Position numbers and translations under genes: made by a program | NCBI GenBank assembly: GCA_049274945.1 | Contig: JBASTP010000005.1 | Location: 3,178-67,177, forward strand | DNA: 64,000 bases | From: Patescibacteria group bacterium | GTDB taxonomy: Bacteria > Patescibacteriota > UBA1384 > GWA2-35-9 > JBASTP01 | Reading direction: 5' to 3' | Part shown: one piece after another, positions 8,340 through 18,296 of the stretch | Numbering within the stretch: the stretch's first letter is position 1 | Layout: every line of letters begins with the position of its first letter | Notes under the pieces: model-generated | What the model saw: the letters and a program-made list of their open reading frames with translations, nothing else | Told to the model about the DNA's origin: nothing | Database searches by the model: none

Positions 8340-9251
8340 TTATCGCTCACTGTTCGTCCAGAACGTTTTCCCATCACTCACCACCTCCACGCGACCATCT
8401 TCATCAGTGCGGTAGATTTGGGCCTGCCATTGCCTCAGCCGTTTTAGCGTGCTAGGTACCGGGTGGCCGAACTGGTTGCCTTTGCCGACTGAGATGATTG
8501 CGAGCTTTGGGGTGGTGGCCTCAAGAAATGCTTCGGTGGTGGAAGTGTTCGAGCCGTGGTGGCCAACTTTGAGCACCTCGACATCAAGTTCGGGTGCATA
8601 GCGTTCCATGATCGCTTGCTCGTGGCGGGCTTCGGCATCGCCGGTAAGGAGGACATCGAACTCGTCGTAACTTGCTTTAGTAACCACCATCGCGTCGTGC
8701 TGCTCTTTCGGTGTTACCCCGTGGAACGATTCAGGAGGATAGTAAACCTTCAACTTCACATCGCCAAATTGCTTCTCGATGCCGGCATGCACCTCTACCA
8801 CCGCTGCGCCTTCCTTTTGCTCTTGCTCGATTGCCGCGCGCCACTTATCGAACGTATTCGTCGTATGAACTGCGCCGCTTACCCAAATTTCTTTAACGCG
8901 GTAGTTCGCCAACACATCGTCCAGCCCGCCAAGGTGATCCGAATGGTTGTGGGTGGCGATCACAAGGTCAATCTCTCGGTCTCTCAGCGGCATCACTTTA
9001 CCAAGTTCGCTCAATACTTGTTCGTTTGGCCCGCCGTCGATTAGCACATCGTGGCCCGACGGCAGCCGCATATAAATCGCATCACCCTGGCCAATGTCGA
9101 GCGCCCAGACATGGAGCAGCTGGTCAGGTGCCTGGACTGCTGAGGTCCAAATAACTATGCCAACGAGCGAAATAATCGCAAGGTAGGCCTGCCAGAGTTT
9201 ACGTTTGATGTGAGGCGGGATGTACATGGCGTTTCCAAAAATGCGAAACAA
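8340..9251 (-). CDS. comEC: ComEC C-terminal part (TM helix + metallo-beta-lactamase domain)
   Basis: LDIGQGDAIYMRL...IATHNHSDHLGGL MBL motifs typical of the ComEC/Rec2 C-terminus. Begins with TTG at 9251 immediately after an in-frame stop and overlaps the upstream ORF by 53 nt in another frame. Confidence 0.75.
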   Translation of the reverse strand: MFRIFGNAMYIPPHIKRKLWQAYLAIISLVGIVIWTSAVQAPDQLLHVWALDIGQGDAIYMRLPSGHDVLIDGGPNEQVLSELGKVMPLRDREIDLVIATHNHSDHLGGLDDVLANYRVKEIWVSGAVHTTNTFDKWRAAIEQEQKEGAAVVEVHAGIEKQFGDVKLKVYYPPESFHGVTPKEQHDAMVVTKASYDEFDVLLTGDAEARHEQAIMERYAPELDVEVLKVGHHGSNTSTTEAFLEATTPKLAIISVGKGNQFGHPVPSTLKRLRQWQAQIYRTDEDGRVEVVSDGKTFWTNSER

Positions 9252-10395
9252 TTAAATAGATAGCTAGATACGCGATCACCGTAAGCCACCACGGCCAGTG
9301 CTCGATGGTTGTTCCGCTGCCCGGCAGCTTCGCCAACCACCTAGTCACTGCCACAATATACCAAGCAATTGGATACAGCGGATAGGCGAGTGGCAGGAGG
9401 GTTGGCCCGGCAAGGCTGCCAAGGATTCCAATAGTAAGTGCGGCAATAGTGAGGATCGGCACAATCGGCAAAATTAAAAAATTGGCGATAGGGGACAGGG
9501 GAGTGAGTTGGCCAAAATGAAAAAGCAGTATCGGCAATACCGCCAGCTGTGCGCCGAGGGTCTCACTAAGAATTGCAACTGTTGCGGATGAACGGCCAAT
9601 GATTGGCAATCGTCCTATCGCCTGCTTTAATAATGGTGCAATATATACCAAACCAAGAAATGCCATAAACGAAAGTTGAAACCCGATATCGTGCAACAAA
9701 ATTGAGGGCTTATGGATCACCATTACCGTAGCAGCAAAAACCAACATGGGCAGCACACTCCCCTGCCGCCCGGTGAGTTGCGCCACAAGAAGGAGCCACG
9801 CCAAAATTGCCGCGCGCACCACCGAAGCCTGGCCGCCCACCAATGCCGCAAACGCAACAATCACAAAACTTCCCACCAAAAATCGGAGCCACGGCGAAAG
9901 TAACTTAAGCCAATCCACAAAAATCTTTAGGACAATCGTCACGTTGTAGCCGCTCACTGCCACAATATGGAGCGTTCCGGTGGCGATAAAGCTTTGTCGA
10001 AGCTCGTTTGAAATCAGTCCCTTACCTCCTAGCACAATCGAGGCAACCAAATTGCCATACGGCACCGGCAGGCTTGTGGCAAAAAATCGCACAAACTCGC
10101 TACGCGCGGTAGCCAGGAGCTCGAATATTTTGAGGTTAGGCAGCTGCCAGGCCGTGCCATCACCTACCAGATTGTGCCAAGCAATACCGGCAAACAACGC
10201 TAAACTCCCAAGGGCTAACCACATCACTACCCGCCGATCGTTGAAATGGAAGGCGAGCGCAACGAGACTAATGCCAATCCACTGGAGCGTAGTATTGCGC
10301 AGCGGCTCGGCTACCGGCACCACCTGCCCCAGCGCAACCCCTACCAGGAATATGAGTTCCATTGCCACAAGGTAGGTTGCACGGTGGACGATCAT
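9199..10395 (-). CDS. comEC: ComEC N-terminal part (polytopic competence/DUF4131 channel domain)
   Basis: 398-aa ORF, highly hydrophobic and multi-TM, with ComEC competence-domain architecture. Confidence 0.75.
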   Translation of the reverse strand: MIVHRATYLVAMELIFLVGVALGQVVPVAEPLRNTTLQWIGISLVALAFHFNDRRVVMWLALGSLALFAGIAWHNLVGDGTAWQLPNLKIFELLATARSEFVRFFATSLPVPYGNLVASIVLGGKGLISNELRQSFIATGTLHIVAVSGYNVTIVLKIFVDWLKLLSPWLRFLVGSFVIVAFAALVGGQASVVRAAILAWLLLVAQLTGRQGSVLPMLVFAATVMVIHKPSILLHDIGFQLSFMAFLGLVYIAPLLKQAIGRLPIIGRSSATVAILSETLGAQLAVLPILLFHFGQLTPLSPIANFLILPIVPILTIAALTIGILGSLAGPTLLPLAYPLYPIAWYIVAVTRWLAKLPGSGTTIEHWPWWLTVIAYLAIYLIVSHFWKRHVHPASHQT

Positions 10396-10412
10396 TGGTT
10401 AAAATTAACCCG

Positions 10413-10919
10413 ATGACCACCAAAAAACAACCTGCCCCGACTAGCGCGTCGGGGCCGGCCCCGACTGAGCTAGAAAACCTGCTTAAACGCCTGCAGGCGG
10501 ATTTTGATAACTACCGTAAGCGCATGGAACAGGAAAAGGTTCACACTATACAATCTGCGAACGCAAAATTACTATTGGATATTTTGCCAGTAGTTGATAA
10601 CTTCCGACGGGCAATTACCCACCGACCTGTCCCTCGAAGCCCCGGAGGCGAAGTGGAAAACTCTAGCGAAGGTGGGGGCCAGGACAATTGGTCGCAAGGA
10701 ATTCAGGCAATTGAACGGCAACTCGAAGATATCCTACAAAAGCATGGTCTCCAAGCGATCGAAGTTACTGTCGGCGACGAATTCAACCCCACCCTCCACG
10801 AAGCAATTGCCCACCAACCCTCGGGTGATCACCAACCCAACTCGATCATCAAAATTGTAGAAAACGGCTACCAGCTTAGCGGCAAAGTGTTGCGCCCCGC
10901 CAAAGTAGTAGTCAGCTAA
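10413..10919 (+). CDS. grpE: Nucleotide exchange factor GrpE
   Basis: ORF 10362-10919 trimmed to the ATG at 10413 (MTTKKQPAPTS...) so it does not overlap the comEC start. Carries the GrpE coiled-coil and C-terminal beta-domain (LQADFDNYRKRMEQE...VENGYQLSGKVLRPAKVVV). Confidence 0.85.
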   Translation: MTTKKQPAPTSASGPAPTELENLLKRLQADFDNYRKRMEQEKVHTIQSANAKLLLDILPVVDNFRRAITHRPVPRSPGGEVENSSEGGGQDNWSQGIQAIERQLEDILQKHGLQAIEVTVGDEFNPTLHEAIAHQPSGDHQPNSIIKIVENGYQLSGKVLRPAKVVVS

Positions 10920-12061
10920 CCGACTAGTTTTTTAAATACGTGCACATACTGGGCCGCTACCCGATCCCAAGAATACCGTTTTAGAGCGTATTGGTAACTG
11001 GCCTGGCCCATCCTGGATGCAAGCCGATCGTTTTTCAGGATGATTGAAATGCGCTCAGCCAATTGTTTTGGGTCGGCTGGAGGCACTACATAACCAAATT
11101 TGCCATCAAACCCGCGGGCATCGGGAAATACGGTAGTAATGACGGCCGGCTTACTAAACCCTTGGGCAAGTTTCAAGATACCTGATTGAGAAACAAACAA
11201 ATACGGTAACGCTACTACATCAGACGCTTTCATAATCGGTTCGATGTGTTTGGTTGGCACGTAACGTAATATCACTTTGAGATGGCCTCTCAACTGCTGT
11301 ACCTTTGATGAATTAAGATAGCGTGGGAGCGATTCAGCATACTTGGTTGAGGAAACAACCAATAAATATGCTTCCGGCACTTGCTCGAGAATCATAGGAA
11401 AAGCACGCACGAGATGCTGGAGACCCTTGTAATGCCGCAGGAATCCGAAAAACAGCACAATTTTAGCTTGTTTGGGTAACCGCAAAAGCCGGCGTGCTTT
11501 TGTCTGATCGTACCGTTTGAAATTAAACAAATTATAGATACCGTGCTCGGATACCGTAATCTTCGATCTGGGATAGTCAAAAAAACGTTGGAGACGGGCT
11601 GCTTCTTTCTCATTACCAACGAAAATACCTGAAGCGAGCCGGTACATTGACCGGAGGACTTCGCTGCCGCCAGCGAATTGTTCCTGAGAGATGACATCAT
11701 GTACGGTGAGCACCACTGGGATACCAAGGTCTTTTAACACTGATAAAAGCGACAAGAAAAACAGTGCGCCCGAGCGGGCAGTTGTGCCAAGGTGAATATT
11801 CACAAGATCAAATCGCCCCCGTCGTAGAAAATGTATTAGGTCACGCAAACTGCTAAGTGATTCGGGATCCATCAAAAATCGGGCAGTCGTGATCTCACGT
11901 TCCATCAAAATATCTTTTTCTGCAAAGACAATTCCTTCGGGAGTACGCTTCTTTCTATAGCTGATGTACTGCAAGGTAACTTGCTTGGCGAGCGGCCCAA
12001 AGAGGTGGGCGGCGTAGTGCCCAAGACCACCACCGGACGAAGAAATAATTGCGACTTTCAT
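10916..12061 (-). CDS. Glycosyltransferase family 4 (GT-B fold)
   Basis: 381 aa. Has the C-terminal GT1/GT4 donor-binding region (FFGFLRHYKGLQHLV...EAYLLVVS..., the EX7E-like segment). Confidence 0.8.
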   Translation of the reverse strand: MKVAIISSSGGGLGHYAAHLFGPLAKQVTLQYISYRKKRTPEGIVFAEKDILMEREITTARFLMDPESLSSLRDLIHFLRRGRFDLVNIHLGTTARSGALFFLSLLSVLKDLGIPVVLTVHDVISQEQFAGGSEVLRSMYRLASGIFVGNEKEAARLQRFFDYPRSKITVSEHGIYNLFNFKRYDQTKARRLLRLPKQAKIVLFFGFLRHYKGLQHLVRAFPMILEQVPEAYLLVVSSTKYAESLPRYLNSSKVQQLRGHLKVILRYVPTKHIEPIMKASDVVALPYLFVSQSGILKLAQGFSKPAVITTVFPDARGFDGKFGYVVPPADPKQLAERISIILKNDRLASRMGQASYQYALKRYSWDRVAAQYVHVFKKLVG

Positions 12062-12063
12062 AA

Positions 12064-13125
12064 TTATCTTTTTACCATTCTATGATACAAGCGTTCATAA
12101 CTGTCCACCATCACGGCTACAGAAAAACGGTCGGCGATACGGCGGCAATGAGTTCGATTGAGACCAGTCACATTCGGCACTGATGCGATCATTTCATCCA
12201 ATGTGTCAACCACAAAGCCGGAATTATTATGATCAACAAGCTCGCTCGCCGCACCCTTGCGGAAGGTAATAACCGGCGTTCCGGCAGCCATTGCCTCAAC
12301 CATCACGAGTCCGAACGCCTCGGGTAGATTAATCGGATGAATCATTGCCCGGTAGTGGCCAAGTTTCGCCACTTTGTCGGTATACTGCCAGTCGCCAAGA
12401 TATCGAATGGTTTTGTTATCGAGATGCGGCTTGATTGTTTCGTTGAAATAATCCTGCTCAAGGGGATGGATGTAGCCAGCAATATCCAATTTAATGTTGG
12501 CTGCTTTGGCCACCTCAATCGCGAGGTGAGGCCCCTTATCTTTGGCAATTCGGGAAAAAAACAGGTAGCGATCAGTCGGCGTATTGTTAAATATAAAATC
12601 ATTCACATAAATACCATTGTATACGACCCCCAGAAATGTGGCGGTAGCAGGTAAAAGATCGGCCATATACTGCGAGATGGCATTGAAGTATACCTTCGGA
12701 CCCAGTAGCGTTTGCCACGCTGGTATTTTTGATAGCTGCCGGGCAAAGTGAAAAGTGTGAAGATTTGGCGTTAGACAATCCCTTGCGCCAACCAAACCCA
12801 GCTCGCCAATATGACTATGGATAATATCAAATTGATCAGTTGAGCGGTATGCTTGCTTGATGAGCGCCAGTGTTTTAGCCTCGTCGTAGCGCTTGAGTGA
12901 TTTTGGAACAATTGATATCAGTCGTGCTTTAGTTTGACTGTCACCCGAGCTAAAGAGTGTGACATCGTGTCCCCGATCAACCAGCTCGTCAGCAAGCGCC
13001 CCGGTAATAAAACTTCTGCCCCACAGACCATGCCGGTCTACCGGATTCCACAAATCAGCTAGGAGCGCAATTCTCATAGCGGTATCATACGCTCTCCATT
13101 CCTTATAATCAATCCAAGTAGGCAC
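12064..13125 (-). CDS. Glycosyltransferase family 4 (GT-B fold)
   Basis: 353 aa. INLPEAFGLVMVEAMAAGTPVITFRKGAASELVDHNNSGFVV is a typical GT4 C-terminal motif. Confidence 0.8.
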   Translation of the reverse strand: MPTWIDYKEWRAYDTAMRIALLADLWNPVDRHGLWGRSFITGALADELVDRGHDVTLFSSGDSQTKARLISIVPKSLKRYDEAKTLALIKQAYRSTDQFDIIHSHIGELGLVGARDCLTPNLHTFHFARQLSKIPAWQTLLGPKVYFNAISQYMADLLPATATFLGVVYNGIYVNDFIFNNTPTDRYLFFSRIAKDKGPHLAIEVAKAANIKLDIAGYIHPLEQDYFNETIKPHLDNKTIRYLGDWQYTDKVAKLGHYRAMIHPINLPEAFGLVMVEAMAAGTPVITFRKGAASELVDHNNSGFVVDTLDEMIASVPNVTGLNRTHCRRIADRFSVAVMVDSYERLYHRMVKR

Positions 13126-13144
13126 TCCTGCCGCAGTTCAGGGC

Positions 13145-13173
13145 TTGACAGTATGTAAAGTTTACTTTACACT
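13145..13173 (+). promoter_or_regulatory. dnaK promoter (TTGACA-17-TACACT) with an embedded palindrome TGTAAAGT-TT-ACTTTACA
   Basis: -35 at 13145-13150 and -10 at 13168-13173. A perfect 8-bp inverted repeat at 13153-13170 lies in the spacer. The ATG at 13180 falls at the expected TSS, so a leaderless mRNA is possible. Confidence 0.5.
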
Positions 13174-13179
13174 AACGCT

Positions 13180-15054
13180 ATGGGAAAAATTATTGGTATT
13201 GATTTAGGTACCACCAACTCGGTGGTTGCCGTGATGGAGGGAGGTAAGAGTAAGGTTATCGCCTCGGCCGAAGGCTCGGCGATCGTCCCCTCTATGGTGG
13301 CAATCAACAAAAATAGCGAGCGACTGGTTGGCCAGCTTGCTAAACGCCAGGCGGTAATGAATCCGGAAAACACGATCTACTCGGTCAAGCGGCTGATCGG
13401 CCGGCGTTTCGAAGACAAGCAGGTGCAGGAAGCGATGAAACACTTGCCCTACAAAATCGTGAAAGGCAAAGAAGACGCGCCCCACGTTCTGATGCAGGGC
13501 AAAGATTACTCACCCCAGGAAATCTCCGCATTTATTTTAACCAAACTTAAAAGCGATGCTGAATCGTTCCTTGGTGAAAAGGTAACCGAAGCGGTCATCA
13601 CCGTGCCGGCTTACTTCGACGATTCACAACGCCAAGCCACTAAAGATGCTGGCACGATTGCCGGGCTGGAAGTCAAACGTATTATCAACGAGCCGACTGC
13701 CTCGGCGCTCGCCTACGGCCTGGACAAAGAAAAATCCGGCCACATTTTGGTGTTCGATTTGGGCGGCGGCACGTTCGACGTAACGGTGCTCGACATCGGC
13801 GAAGGCACCTTTGAGGTCAAATCAACCCACGGCGATACCTACTTGGGCGGTGATGATTTCGACAAAAAAATCATTGATTGGATCGTCGAAGAGTTTAAAA
13901 AAGATGAAGGCATTGATCTTACCAAGGATTCAGCGGCAATCCAGCGCGTCAAAGAAGCCGCCGAAAAAGCCAAAATCGAACTTTCCACGGTGCAAGAAAC
14001 CGAAATCAATTTGCCCTTTATTACGGCCGATGCCGATGGGCCAAAGCACTTGGTGAAAAAACTCACCCGCGCCAAGCTTGAACAACTGGTGGAGGATTTG
14101 CTCGAGCGCACCAAAGAGCCGGTTACCCAGGCGCTCAAAGATGCCAAGCTCTCGGCCAGCGACATCAAGCACATTGTGCTGGTGGGTGGCATGACTCGCA
14201 TGCCCGCAGTCCAAGAAGTGGTCAAAAAAATCTTCGGCAAAGACCCTGACAAAAGCGTCAACCCCGATGAAGTGGTGGCCTTGGGGGCTGCGGTGCAAGG
14301 CGGCGTGTTAGGTGGCGAAGTGAAAGACATTCTGCTTTTGGACGTCACCCCGCTCACCCTCGGCATCGAAACGCTTGGTGGAGTAATGACGCCACTCATT
14401 GAACGCAACACCACTATTCCATCGAGCAAATCACAAATTTTCTCAACCGCCGCCGATAACCAAACTCAAGTGGAAATCCACGTGCTCCAGGGTGAACGAT
14501 CCTTGGCAGCGGATAGCAAAACGCTGGGGCGGTTTATTCTCGATGGCATTCCCCCGGCGCCCCGCGGCGTACCCCAAGTTGAGGTAAGTTTTGACATTGA
14601 CGCCAACGGCATTTTGAACGTTTCGGCTAAAGATAAGGCAACCAGCAAAGAACAAAAAATCACTATCACCGGCTCGAGCGGCCTAAACAAAGAAGAGATC
14701 GAACGAATGCAAAAAGACGCGCAAGCCCACGCCACCGAGGATGCTAAAAAGAAAGAATTGATCGAAGCCAAAAACTTGGCCGAGCAGCTCATGTACACCG
14801 CCGAAAAAGCGATGAAAGACGCCGGCGATAAAGCTAAACCCGACGACAAGCGCACCGTGGAAGATGCGGTGATGGCCCTAAAAGCGGTGAAGGACAAAGA
14901 CGACAAAACCGAGATCGAAGCGAAATCTAAAGCCCTCTCCGAAGTGCTCCAAAAAATGGGCGCGGATATGTACCAACAAAACGAACCGCCTAAAGAAGAA
15001 TCCAAATCCGACGAGAACGAGAGTAACGATAACAAAGACGACAAAAAGGGCTAA
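13180..15054 (+). CDS. dnaK: Molecular chaperone DnaK (Hsp70)
   Basis: 624-aa product with canonical Hsp70 motifs ([28 protein letters not shown]). Confidence 0.95.
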   Translation: MGKIIGIDLGTTNSVVAVMEGGKSKVIASAEGSAIVPSMVAINKNSERLVGQLAKRQAVMNPENTIYSVKRLIGRRFEDKQVQEAMKHLPYKIVKGKEDAPHVLMQGKDYSPQEISAFILTKLKSDAESFLGEKVTEAVITVPAYFDDSQRQATKDAGTIAGLEVKRIINEPTASALAYGLDKEKSGHILVFDLGGGTFDVTVLDIGEGTFEVKSTHGDTYLGGDDFDKKIIDWIVEEFKKDEGIDLTKDSAAIQRVKEAAEKAKIELSTVQETEINLPFITADADGPKHLVKKLTRAKLEQLVEDLLERTKEPVTQALKDAKLSASDIKHIVLVGGMTRMPAVQEVVKKIFGKDPDKSVNPDEVVALGAAVQGGVLGGEVKDILLLDVTPLTLGIETLGGVMTPLIERNTTIPSSKSQIFSTAADNQTQVEIHVLQGERSLAADSKTLGRFILDGIPPAPRGVPQVEVSFDIDANGILNVSAKDKATSKEQKITITGSSGLNKEEIERMQKDAQAHATEDAKKKELIEAKNLAEQLMYTAEKAMKDAGDKAKPDDKRTVEDAVMALKAVKDKDDKTEIEAKSKALSEVLQKMGADMYQQNEPPKEESKSDENESNDNKDDKKG

Positions 15055-15057
15055 AAA

Positions 15058-15100
15058 CCAGGAACGCCACCTGTAACCGTTCCGGGAACGGCCAGGTTTC
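15058..15100. terminator. Bidirectional terminator between convergent dnaK and the GT-C gene
   Basis: Imperfect hairpin CCAGGAACG...CGTTCCGGG. On the minus strand it is followed by TTTTT (the complement of CTAAAAACC); on the plus strand by a weaker GTTTCGGTTT. Confidence 0.45.
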
Positions 15101-15103
15101 GGT

Positions 15104-16783
15104 TTATAGTTTATATATAAAAACCGAGGGGGTAATTTTATCGATCGGCTGGTAATTTTTAAGCCAGCTGTAGCGTTCGGTTTGAAGCGCACTCGCTCCA
15201 ATAATGATGTAACCGCTATCACCGGATCGAAAATCCGAAAGAAATTTGCTGTTGATGCCGTAATAGTTGACCGACGATAAACCGTCCCAATAGTACTCGA
15301 GGTATGGCTTGTCGAGATTGTGGGAATCAATATATGACTTGATCCGTTTGAGATCTTGCCCCCATTCGATATTTGAGTCGGTTGCTATAGCATATCCGTT
15401 CTCTGTCCCGCCATAGAGTTGATTAAAATACGAGAGATAGTATGGATAACTACGCACAAACTCTATAACCAGAAAAACACTCAAAATAATCGGAATAGTG
15501 ATTTTCAACCATTGATTTTTTGCGATCGCAAGTGTGCCGCTCAGCACAAAAAGCAGCGGGTAGATAGGCAGAATGTGGCGTAGGCCAATATTCGCTCGCG
15601 AGAACATCGCAAATCCTAAATAGCCCACGGTTGCCAGCAACAGAAAAACTACTTTTGGATCTTTCCTCTTGGCGGATAAAGCCACCGCTATACCCATTGC
15701 CACCACAATCAATGTTGGGATAGGAGTTTTTGCTGAAAACAAAACCGGGAAATAGTACCACCATCCTTCCAGAGATCGCTTGCCAAGCAAAAATGATGCG
15801 TCGCCATATTTGGCGTGAGTCAACACCAAAGCCAAACCTTTAAAATAATCTCGGGGAATAAGTAAGAATCGTGCGGCGTTATATACAGTGGTCTGAAATG
15901 GCTTATCAGGCTTGGGATTGATAATCTCTTTTTGTAAAGGATTTACCGCTTCGATAGTTCTTTGTAGCGACTGCACTGCCGGTGGCGGTTGAATCTTGAA
16001 AAAATAGCCAGCCAGAACAGTGAACCACGCGATTATCGCAACGGCAATGAACTTGGGAATGTACCCTTTGAAGCGTTTCAAACTGCCTTTGCGAAACAAC
16101 CAAAACCAGATCACAAGTAGCGCAATCATCGGTAAAAGGATAATGGTGGTGAACTTCGTGAGTAGGGCAAACCCGAGTGCAATGCCTAGAATAATAGTTG
16201 TATTCCTCGAGGGTTTTTGGAGAAAACGCCACAACGCAACAATAGTTACAAGATACCCCAGCGAAGCCCCGATATCAGTGGTAATAAGGTGACCGTGCGC
16301 GGCAATCGTGGGATCAAAAACATACAAAACGAGCGGCAATAGCCCACCCCGCCAGCCCCAAAAGTAAACTGAAATACTATAAATTGCGAAGCCAAGCAGA
16401 AGGGTAAGCAAAACCATAGCAAGCCTTCCGAAAAAGAGCAGTTGATCCGGGTTATTACCCACTCCGTAAAAAAATTGCTCGCCTATGCTGCGGTGGTCTT
16501 TGGGCCCGTGGTAAAAATAGTTTTGGGCTTTCTGCCAATAATCGGTGGCGGTAACATCGTGAGGATGTAGTGCAAGGAGCGGCAACGCCGCCAATAGTTT
16601 AACGAGTGGCGGGTGCTCGGAATTAAAATCAAATTGGTGGCGGGTTAGGTACGTGTACCCGGCGTAGAGATGAATTGCTTCATCAGTTGTTTGCGCATCG
16701 GTTTTGGCTAAATGCACTTGGAAAAGAAGTTGAAAAAGCAGTAATAACCCCGCACAAACCAAGGAAACGTATTTAGTCATCAC
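15104..16783 (-). CDS. GT-C-fold glycosyltransferase (ArnT/PMT/GT39-like polyprenyl-phosphate sugar transferase)
   Basis: 559 aa with about 11 TM helices. N-terminal DE-containing loop (DEAIHLYAGY) and overall PMT_2 architecture. Confidence 0.7.
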   Translation of the reverse strand: MMTKYVSLVCAGLLLLFQLLFQVHLAKTDAQTTDEAIHLYAGYTYLTRHQFDFNSEHPPLVKLLAALPLLALHPHDVTATDYWQKAQNYFYHGPKDHRSIGEQFFYGVGNNPDQLLFFGRLAMVLLTLLLGFAIYSISVYFWGWRGGLLPLVLYVFDPTIAAHGHLITTDIGASLGYLVTIVALWRFLQKPSRNTTIILGIALGFALLTKFTTIILLPMIALLVIWFWLFRKGSLKRFKGYIPKFIAVAIIAWFTVLAGYFFKIQPPPAVQSLQRTIEAVNPLQKEIINPKPDKPFQTTVYNAARFLLIPRDYFKGLALVLTHAKYGDASFLLGKRSLEGWWYYFPVLFSAKTPIPTLIVVAMGIAVALSAKRKDPKVVFLLLATVGYLGFAMFSRANIGLRHILPIYPLLFVLSGTLAIAKNQWLKITIPIILSVFLVIEFVRSYPYYLSYFNQLYGGTENGYAIATDSNIEWGQDLKRIKSYIDSHNLDKPYLEYYWDGLSSVNYYGINSKFLSDFRSGDSGYIIIGASALQTERYSWLKNYQPIDKITPSVFIYKL

Positions 16784-16862
16784 TTGTTATTATACTCGCT
16801 GGCAAAAAGAAGAGGTGGTCCCGATGTATCGGGATCACCTCTTTGGTTGCGGCTGAATAAGA

Positions 16863-18104
16863 TCAGTACTTTGCGATGATTTCCTGAGTCGCCTTCCACC
16901 AAGCATCGTTGCCCTGGTGTTTGCAGGCGATCTGGAACTCGAGGCCCCACAGGAAAATCTTCTCGGGTTTCAGGGCAATCGCCCGCGGGAACGTTTCGAG
17001 GTAGCGTGTGGGATTGAATGAAACATTGCCGTTGGGATTTTTGAAATCCATCTTTTGGGCTCCCTCCCACGGCTCGGCCTGCCACTCGGTAATCCACACT
17101 CGCTTGCCCTGCCCACGGGCGTGATCCATCCAGCGGCTAATCAACCGCCAGTGCTCCGGCTGCGTTTCCCACTTGTTACTTTTAACGTAGCAGTCGAAAC
17201 CAAGAATGTCGCCAAGTGGTACCATTTGCCGCGTAACGACTGGCGACCACCCTTGGGCAAGATCTGGCGATACATCTACCGCCGTCCAAGTCGTCGCAAG
17301 GATCGGGCGCTTCTTGAGATCAAGGCTTCTCGCTAGCGCAATCTCGCGCCGAACCTGGCTTAGGGCCATGGGTCTCGTGAAGGTCAGCGGCTCGTTCTCA
17401 ATCTGCCAAGCCACCACCACAGTGCGATCGCGATAGCGCTTGATTCCTTCGGTTAGGTAGTGGGCAATTGCCGCGCGAGCTTTCGGAGTTGCGGCCATCA
17501 CAGTTTTTGATTGCTCGATCGTGGCGTTAACAGTTTTCAATATTGCCGCTGCAGCCGGATCCTTATTGGCTTGTTCCTTGAGTTTAGCAAGTTCCTGTTT
17601 GGCCTTGTCGGGAACTTGGATTTGAAGTGCATCGCTCGGGACCGGCGGTTTGATCCGTTTTTCAACCTCTGCCTTGATCCACGTCGGTGGATGGTATTCT
17701 GGGTAGCGCGGACTCTTCGCCCCAAAGCACAATACCACCTCAACCGCCGCTTGCTCGCAAATCTGCAAAGCCTCGTCGAGCTCGCGCCAGTTGAACTTAC
17801 CTTGCGCCGGCTCAACCAAATCCCAGGGCATTGACAGCCGAATAGTCGAGACGCCCGAGTTGGCAATCTCTTTGAGTGAATCCTGCCAGGGCGGACCAAT
17901 GGCCTGATTATTGCCAAGCGGCCCGCCCCAGCTGCCATTAAGCCACATGGCGTGGCTGATGGTAAAACTCGCGCCGATACGTATGTGTTGCAGAGCCGAC
18001 ACCCGTATTTGTAAGTTCTCTGCCTTGGCTCTGTTGACCGATTCCTGACCATTGGGCAGTAATAACGAACCGCCGCTGGCGATCAAAAATTCTCGTCGTG
18101 TCAA
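16863..18104 (-). CDS. Tat-signal glycoside hydrolase, GH-A clan (GH5/GH42-like TIM barrel)
   Basis: MTRREFLIASGG twin-arginine signal. VVAWQIENEP (acid/base) and RVWITEWQAEP (nucleophile) motifs. Confidence 0.65.
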   Translation of the reverse strand: MTRREFLIASGGSLLLPNGQESVNRAKAENLQIRVSALQHIRIGASFTISHAMWLNGSWGGPLGNNQAIGPPWQDSLKEIANSGVSTIRLSMPWDLVEPAQGKFNWRELDEALQICEQAAVEVVLCFGAKSPRYPEYHPPTWIKAEVEKRIKPPVPSDALQIQVPDKAKQELAKLKEQANKDPAAAAILKTVNATIEQSKTVMAATPKARAAIAHYLTEGIKRYRDRTVVVAWQIENEPLTFTRPMALSQVRREIALARSLDLKKRPILATTWTAVDVSPDLAQGWSPVVTRQMVPLGDILGFDCYVKSNKWETQPEHWRLISRWMDHARGQGKRVWITEWQAEPWEGAQKMDFKNPNGNVSFNPTRYLETFPRAIALKPEKIFLWGLEFQIACKHQGNDAWWKATQEIIAKY

Positions 18105-18296
18105 AGAGTATCACCTCTTCAGGAGAGATAACGCAAAAAATGCGCAAGTAAATACTAGCACAAGGTAACCGAAGAGTCAATGAACATCCCTTGACTTTTC
18201 AGAAAAAATCTGGCAAAATACACTCTATCTGGCTCAGGTGGCTTTTTTGTTTTTAGGGCCATTTGGGCTCGAAATCTTAACAACAGGAGTTGGTTC

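Noticed and set aside
13204-15044. Long ORFs antisense or out-of-frame within dnaK (e.g. 13839-14429, 14466-15044), groEL (39964-41310), lepA, typA and the Tat GH gene
   Set aside because: They overlap strongly supported conserved genes and have low-complexity S/T/A/R-rich translations.
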